Source: Candidatus Eiseniibacteriota bacterium (GTDB lineage: Bacteria > Eisenbacteria > RBG-16-71-46 > JABDJR01 > JAWXBZ01). Taken from it: DNA of 21,684 nucleotides. The stretch lies in contig JAWXBZ010000222.1 of the NCBI GenBank assembly GCA_034440375.1, positions 1-21,684 of the forward strand, read 5' to 3'. Under the pieces are notes generated by a model that did no database searches, had not been told where the DNA came from, and was given only the letters and a program-made list of their open reading frames with translations. This document shows positions 10,701 through 21,684 of the stretch, in pieces. The position numbers and the translations under genes are program-made. How positions within the stretch are numbered: the first letter of the stretch is position 1; every line of letters begins with the position of its first letter.

Positions 10701-13134
10701 ACGGCGCCACCAGGCTTCGGCGCAGGTTGTCCAGAATCTTCCAGCGGCTGATCAGGGGAAGCCGGTTTTCGCCGAGGCCCCCCAGTCTCGGCACCCACGG
10801 CAGGAGCCAGAGGAGGATCTGCCAGTCGCCCCGCACCCACCGGTGCTGGCGCCGCGTGTGGACAACCACGTTCGACGGATAGTCGTCGACCACCTCGACA
10901 TCGGTGACCAGCGCCGTGCGGGCGTGCACCCCTTCGAACAGATCGTGGGAGAGCAGCATGTTCGGCGGCACGCGCCCGTCGAGCGCGGCCGTCAAGGCGT
11001 CGACGTCGTAGAGCCCCTTGCCGGTGAAGTTGCCTTCGCCGAACAGGTCCTGGTACACATCGGACACGGCCGTCGTGTACGGATCAACCCCGGTGTGCCC
11101 GGCATACACCCGGGAAAAGAGGGAGCCGGCCACGCTCGACATCGTGACGCTGACCCGGGGTTGAAGGATGCCGTACCCCTGCACGATTCGACCCGTTTTT
11201 GGATCGAAGCGGGGCCGGTTCAGCGGATGCAGGGCAATGCCGATGAGCTGGCGGGCTGCCCCACGGGGAAGCCGCGTGTCGCTGTCGAGGGTGATGCAGA
11301 GTCGGATCTTCTGGAGGATCGTCGGCTCACCGACATGCACTTCGAAACCGGTGGTCAGATCGCCACGGATGTAGCGGTTGAACTCCTCGATCTTCCCCCG
11401 CTTTCGTTCCCACCCCATCCAGCATTCTTCGCGGGGGTTCCAGCGGCGGCCGCGATGGAGCAGGTGGAACTGGTCGGTGCGCGACGGCCCCCGGCGGGTA
11501 TTCAATTCCAGGATTCCGGCGCGGGCCGCCTCGAGGATGGCGGCGTCCCCGGGCATTTCCCCCTTCGGTGCGTCGGCGAAATCGGTGACCAGTGCAAAGT
11601 GGATACGCGGCGTGTCGTTGGCGAGCGCCTGCACCTCGAGATGATCCAGGAGATCCCGCACACCCTCCACGCTTGTCAGGAGCGTCGGGATGATCACCAT
11701 CGTCCGCCCGGCTTCCGGGATCCCATCTCTGAGATCGAGCCGCGGCAGTCGGCGGGGTCTGGCCAGGAGCGGCACCAGCCATTGAATGATGCCGATGGCC
11801 AATTCGGTAGCCGGGATGACCAGGAGGGCGGTGATCGACCAGTAGAGATCGCCGCCCGGAATGAGGCGCAGGGCCAGCGAGATCAGGATTGCCGTGAGGA
11901 CGAGGATGCTGCCGAGATAGAGGGGCGTGGCGGCCTGAAACGCCGCGCGCCGGAGCCGCTTCCAGCCGCGAGGCGGCCGGCCGACTTCGGCTTCGAGCTG
12001 CTCGCAACCGGGACCGGTGATGTAGTTCCCGACGTGCCCGGCACGCGCATCGCCCGGATCCCGATCACTCCCCCTTCGGGCCAGTTCCACCGCCTTCAGC
12101 GCCACGCCGATCTCCGATTCGCCCGTCGGACCCGCCATTGCCTCCACCGCCTCGCGGTAGCGATTGCGGCTGCCAAAATCCATCGCAGGGTAGATGCCGG
12201 CGGGGTCACGCCGCAGCGTCTGTTCCACCAGGCTGACCCGCTCGAAATTTCGGTTCCAGTCGAGCGTGGAACAAAGCCGAAGACTGGTGATGGAATTTGC
12301 CATCGAGGTCTGTTCGGCCGCCTGGGCCAGGTGCTCGGCCCGGAGCGCGTCCTCGGCGGTCAGGCCGCGGGCGGCCAGCCGTTCGGCCAGCCGTGCGCGC
12401 AGACCCGCCACCTTGGGGCCGAACTCGCGGAACCGCTCGAGGAGCTGCGCGACGCAGGCGGCGGGCAATGGATCGGGGAGGACCGGAGGGTTCGCGTTGC
12501 TGCTGCCCGCCTCGAACTCGCGGATGAAACGGTCGGCGGCCAACCGCGCCGTGCGGCAGACCATCAACTGCTCGCCCAGCCGGTGGATGTTTTCCACCAG
12601 CTCGGCCTTGAGGAAGGTGGGCCAGGCCCAAAGTTCACCGATGGTGAGTGGCGCCAGCGTCTGATAGGCACTGATGAACCGGATCAGCCGCCCGAGATCG
12701 AGTGAGGAATCGCTGTGACGCAGGAGTTCGACCGCCAGGGCCTGGATGCGGGGTCGCCCGGCGTGTTCGCCACCGGTCACGGCCGGGAGCCGCTCAATGA
12801 AGCGGCGGGGCAGATTGCGGCGGATGTCGGCAATCTCGGACTCGACCAGATGAAAATTGTCGAGCAACCATTCGGCGGCAGGGCGCGGCGATTCCGCTCC
12901 GGCCGCGTCGGCTGCCAGCTTCCGATAGGCGTCGCGCAGACGTGGCGCGCTGCGGGTCAGCCGTTCGTGGAAATCGCGGCCGGTTCCCGGCGGGGCAAAA
13001 CCGGCACCGAACCGCCCGGCCAACAGCCGGGCGTGCGCCTCCAGACCCTCCGGGCTGAGCAACTCGTCGCGAAGGGGGCGGTTCAGAAAGGCGTCGGTGA
13101 TGTCAGCTTTTGAAACCGCTGTCGGCGTCGTCAT
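4774..13134 (-). CDS. ndvB: Cyclic beta-1,2-glucan synthase (Cgs/NdvB/ChvB-like): GT84 glycosyltransferase, transmembrane segments, cyclization (glucoamylase-like/GH189) domain and GH94 phosphorylase region (2786 aa)
   Basis: N-terminal WLLDNFHLVE and ELWAWP motifs. GT motifs WMGWERKRGK, TLDSDT, LLSHDLFEG and RQHRWVRGDWQ. Hydrophobic helices flank the GT domain. RTSPTNIG, GHLLNWY, VSTVDSGNL, YDLLASEARL, SWSASMFEYLMP, PWGISES and AHHQGM belong to the central domain. Two GH94 N-terminal-type repeats begin near LSNGTY and TPWVNILAN. The GH94 catalytic region has SGFYQPGGAYGFRDQLQD, GDWNDGMN, RENGGQYTHAA and GGWTWYTGSAGW. Confidence 0.92.
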   Translation of the reverse strand: MTTPTAVSKADITDAFLNRPLRDELLSPEGLEAHARLLAGRFGAGFAPPGTGRDFHERLTRSAPRLRDAYRKLAADAAGAESPRPAAEWLLDNFHLVESEIADIRRNLPRRFIERLPAVTGGEHAGRPRIQALAVELLRHSDSSLDLGRLIRFISAYQTLAPLTIGELWAWPTFLKAELVENIHRLGEQLMVCRTARLAADRFIREFEAGSSNANPPVLPDPLPAACVAQLLERFREFGPKVAGLRARLAERLAARGLTAEDALRAEHLAQAAEQTSMANSITSLRLCSTLDWNRNFERVSLVEQTLRRDPAGIYPAMDFGSRNRYREAVEAMAGPTGESEIGVALKAVELARRGSDRDPGDARAGHVGNYITGPGCEQLEAEVGRPPRGWKRLRRAAFQAATPLYLGSILVLTAILISLALRLIPGGDLYWSITALLVIPATELAIGIIQWLVPLLARPRRLPRLDLRDGIPEAGRTMVIIPTLLTSVEGVRDLLDHLEVQALANDTPRIHFALVTDFADAPKGEMPGDAAILEAARAGILELNTRRGPSRTDQFHLLHRGRRWNPREECWMGWERKRGKIEEFNRYIRGDLTTGFEVHVGEPTILQKIRLCITLDSDTRLPRGAARQLIGIALHPLNRPRFDPKTGRIVQGYGILQPRVSVTMSSVAGSLFSRVYAGHTGVDPYTTAVSDVYQDLFGEGNFTGKGLYDVDALTAALDGRVPPNMLLSHDLFEGVHARTALVTDVEVVDDYPSNVVVHTRRQHRWVRGDWQILLWLLPWVPRLGGLGENRLPLISRWKILDNLRRSLVAPSLLVLLAMAWTVFPGSALGWTLAALGVLAFPVYQPLIQALRGPGPGQSWRHFSREIDRELNTALAQTLMSVTFLAYHAYRMTHAIILTLVRVLITRQRLLEWEPAAFVSRLFEGRGIMFYVVEMGMSPIMALFLFTIIVPLRVEALPAAVPFLLLWALAPILAYRWSQPARVKEFDPSEDERAWLHRLAKRTWDYFDHYMTAENNWLPPDNMQEVPIEMVARRTSPTNIGLGLLSTLAANDLGFLSDHGLAERLEGAMDTIERLEHHQGHLLNWYETVTLVPLHPYYVSTVDSGNLAGAYLALEAGLREKVRADIAGPDLINPGVRRRLVAVADRCEVEFEAMNFTFLFDRERKLFTIGYRLADREGPGRPDIGYYDLLASEARLASYIAIAKGDVPEEHWFHLGRLLVDADGLPTLVSWSASMFEYLMPLLLLKNYPGTMLDASCRGAVAHQIQFAARQGIPWGISESGYPLMDRVGQYQYKAFGVPGVGLKRGLGEELVVAPYATFLAAQVDLEESLRNLKRLAHAGLEGRYGFYEAIDFTRDASAAAPNEPRSGSRPGVGPGVIVRSFLAHHQGMTLLALANVLQKGVMQRRFHADPRIQATELLLQERLPRRVSIGPMRPAEETRAVPVVLSGVVRRFRSAHTSRPQTHFLSNGTYTAFITNAGGGASLCRGRAVTRLREDVTCDAGSQYLYLRDVRSGRTWSAAHLPIGGEPSEYLVTFELEKAGFHRIEDDIETRMEITVSPEDDMEVRRLTITNRSGKPREIEVTSYVEFALAAPAEDLVHPAFHRLFLETTWLPDSHAILVARRPRAEGDPTPCGVHVLGLDGRLSGPVEWETDRSRFLGAGRSAADPVALETPLVGTAGAVLDPIASLRVRLRLPAGGFARLAFSTGMADSNAAAAVLADKYRDPAAATRAFSLACARSQIELRHLGLSRDEAQLYQRLASLVLGADGALQADADTQARNEKGQPDLWSFGISGDVPILLVRVVEENDLPLVRQVLKAQEYWHLKNLSADVVILNEHSMDYRDEMHHQLETLLESGSWAGWRDRPGGVFLLRSDGMTESDGILLACAARAILRGDRGELADQVQSLVEEPNWPAPFAPTRAVGAPDGTSQGAAPSGQTSSEDAPLDPPSFAIPHGLGGFTGGDHPAAVMLLDDAEDTPTPWVNILANPTFGTLITTTGSAFTWSESSRQNRLTPFANDPVSRPTGEAVYLRDDETGDFWSATPAPMPHRTRRGRWIVSHEAGRTSFRHRARGLDQEFEVVVDPEAPLKYGVVSLTNRGSLPRQISLMAWNDWVLGPSRPDDHRHIITESVPDLAAILARNPWNRDFPGRVAFAALSESAASVTGDRLEFLGRNGSTAAPAALARRHLSGRVGAGLDPGAGLHVVLDIPPGATRRVSWILGQAASRESALELVTRHRPLEAADRARESSRRAWSRRLLAIQVSTPDDSFDLLVNRWLVYQNLACRIWARSGFYQPGGAYGFRDQLQDVIALLHTAPEVAREHLIRAAGRQFVEGDAQHWWHPHDGRGMRTRCSDDFLWLPWAAVEYVRVTGDASILDVVIPYLEAPLLEPGESESYRLPSVSAQTGSLFDHCLRAVDRGLTAGPHGLPLIGSGDWNDGMNRVGIGGRGESVWLGWFFHVVLGGIASLCQSRGQDDRAHRYQAEARRLAGALEQAWDGHWYRRGYFDDGTPLGSAQNDECRIDSISQSWAVLSGAAPPHRAESAMDAVRAQLVRRAQQIVLLLTPPFDQSAMDPGYIKGYVPGIRENGGQYTHAAVWTAMAIARLGNGEEAVELFHLLNPINHSRTAADTARYKTEPWAVAADVYGHPLHVGRGGWTWYTGSAGWLYRLGIESILGLTRHGSEFKLDPCIPASWPRYSIDWRVGSSHYAITVENPDGECRGVREARLDGRIVDPRAIPLVDDGKRHSVTAVMGSRQPSPGNGGRSAADDREALTGAQSTPRRLFMLSE

Positions 13135-13247
13135 CTTCGGGGGGACACCCTCTGAACCCGTGGCTGCCGAGGTTCGACGAATCGACCCGCCGGGCCGACG
13201 GCGCCTCCGGCGGTCTGTCTGCTAGTCAGTCTGACTGATAAAGGGTG

Positions 13248-13264
13248 TGCAATGGACGGGCCAG
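13248..13264 (-). promoter_or_regulatory. Sigma-54 (-24/-12) promoter upstream of the glucan synthase gene
   Basis: The minus strand reads CTGGCCCGTCCATTGCA against the consensus TGGCACG-N4-TTGCW. There is one mismatch and exact GG-N10-GC spacing. It lies about 115 nt upstream of the ATG at 13134. Confidence 0.72.
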
Positions 13265-13289
13265 CTGACCGCCGGTGGGCATTCGCATC

Positions 13290-13302
13290 CAATCTATTGA
13301 TT
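13290..13302 (-). promoter_or_regulatory. IHF-type binding site
   Basis: Minus-strand AATCAATAGATTG is an exact match to WATCAANNNNTTR. It lies in an AT-rich patch about 30 nt upstream of the -24 element. Confidence 0.6.
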
Positions 13303-13369
13303 TTATGTGACTTATGGGATTGCCCGAGGGGTCGACGGGGAAAGATGCGAGTCAAGAGGTTAATAGAAA

Positions 13370-13400
13370 GGAAAAAATTACCGGGTTGGTAGAAGTTACG
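13370..13400. promoter_or_regulatory. Two tandem imperfect palindromes, candidate enhancer (UAS) for a sigma-54 activator
   Basis: GGAAAAAATTACC (13370-13382) and GGTAGAAGTTACG (13388-13400) both approximate GGTAA-N3-TTACC. They lie about 130-165 nt upstream of the predicted transcription start. Confidence 0.4.
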
Positions 13401-13402
13401 AC

Positions 13403-13436
13403 GAGAACGCCGGAGGGGTGACCCTCCGGCGTTCTC
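13403..13436. terminator. Intrinsic terminator-like hairpin after rpoC, possibly bidirectional
   Basis: A perfect 15-bp stem GAGAACGCCGGAGGG/CCCTCCGGCGTTCTC with a 4-nt loop lies 36 nt after the rpoC stop. The T-rich tail is stronger on the plus strand (TATTGATTTT). Confidence 0.8.
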
Positions 13437-13472
13437 TATTGATTTTAGTTGCATCGACTTGCGGGCGGACGG

Positions 13473-17663
<4,191 letters not shown>

Positions 17664-17667
17664 GTTC

Positions 17668-21528
<3,861 letters not shown>

Positions 21529-21565
21529 GGCGCCACCTTCTTTTGTTTGGGCTGTGTCATTGGAC

Positions 21566-21622
21566 CCGGGACCGGCGGCTCACCACCGGCCCCGGCTCAC
21601 GCCCCAACGCCCTTCCGGGCGT
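21566..21622 (-). promoter_or_regulatory. Two stem-loops in the rplL-rpoB spacer
   Basis: The mRNA strand has ACGCCC-GGAA-GGGCGT (21607-21622, GNRA loop) and CCGGGGCCGGTGG-TGAG-CCGCCGGTCCCGG (21566-21595, 13 bp with two G-U pairs). Neither has a U-tract. Confidence 0.55.
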
Positions 21623-21641
21623 ACTGCCTGTTTGGACGGAC

Positions 21642-21684
21642 TTACTTGATGTTGACGACGGCTCCCTGCTCCTCAAGCGACGCC
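21642..21684 (-). CDS. rplL: 50S ribosomal protein L7/L12, C-terminal fragment
   Basis: The reverse complement translates to ...ASLEEQGAVVNIK-stop, matching the L7/L12 C-terminal pattern LEEAGAxVxxK. It occupies the canonical position upstream of rpoB. Confidence 0.9.
   Translation of the reverse strand, partial: ASLEEQGAVVNIK

Noticed and set aside
13350..13355. TTGACT as a sigma-70 -35 for the glucan synthase
   Set aside because: There is no plausible -10 hexamer at 16-18 nt spacing (ACCCCT at 17 nt).
13131..13454. 107-aa minus-strand ORF between rpoC and the glucan synthase
   Set aside because: It runs through the terminator hairpin, IHF site and sigma-54 promoter, has atypical composition and shows no protein motif.

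Overview
High-GC bacterial chromosomal DNA. All real genes are on the minus strand. In transcription order they are the 3' end of rplL, rpoB, rpoC, a 2786-aa cyclic beta-1,2-glucan synthase (Cgs/NdvB-like; GT84 + cyclization domain + GH94), a secreted OmpA-domain protein, and the str cluster rpsL-rpsG-fusA-tuf (tuf runs off the window). A short insert in RpoC ([15 protein letters not shown]) suggests the FCB superphylum or a relative. The core genes are ordinary, and I see no CRISPR array, transposase, integrase, tRNA or rRNA. The interesting signals are architectural and non-coding. (i) A ~10 kb envelope/osmoadaptation cassette sits between rpoC and rpsL. (ii) Its upstream region has a sigma-54 -24/-12 element, an IHF consensus site and two enhancer-like palindromes. 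(iii) The 176-nt rpsG-fusA spacer can fold into several hairpins that bury the fusA Shine-Dalgarno, a candidate ribosomal-leader RNA. I cannot show from sequence alone that any of these is a new system.
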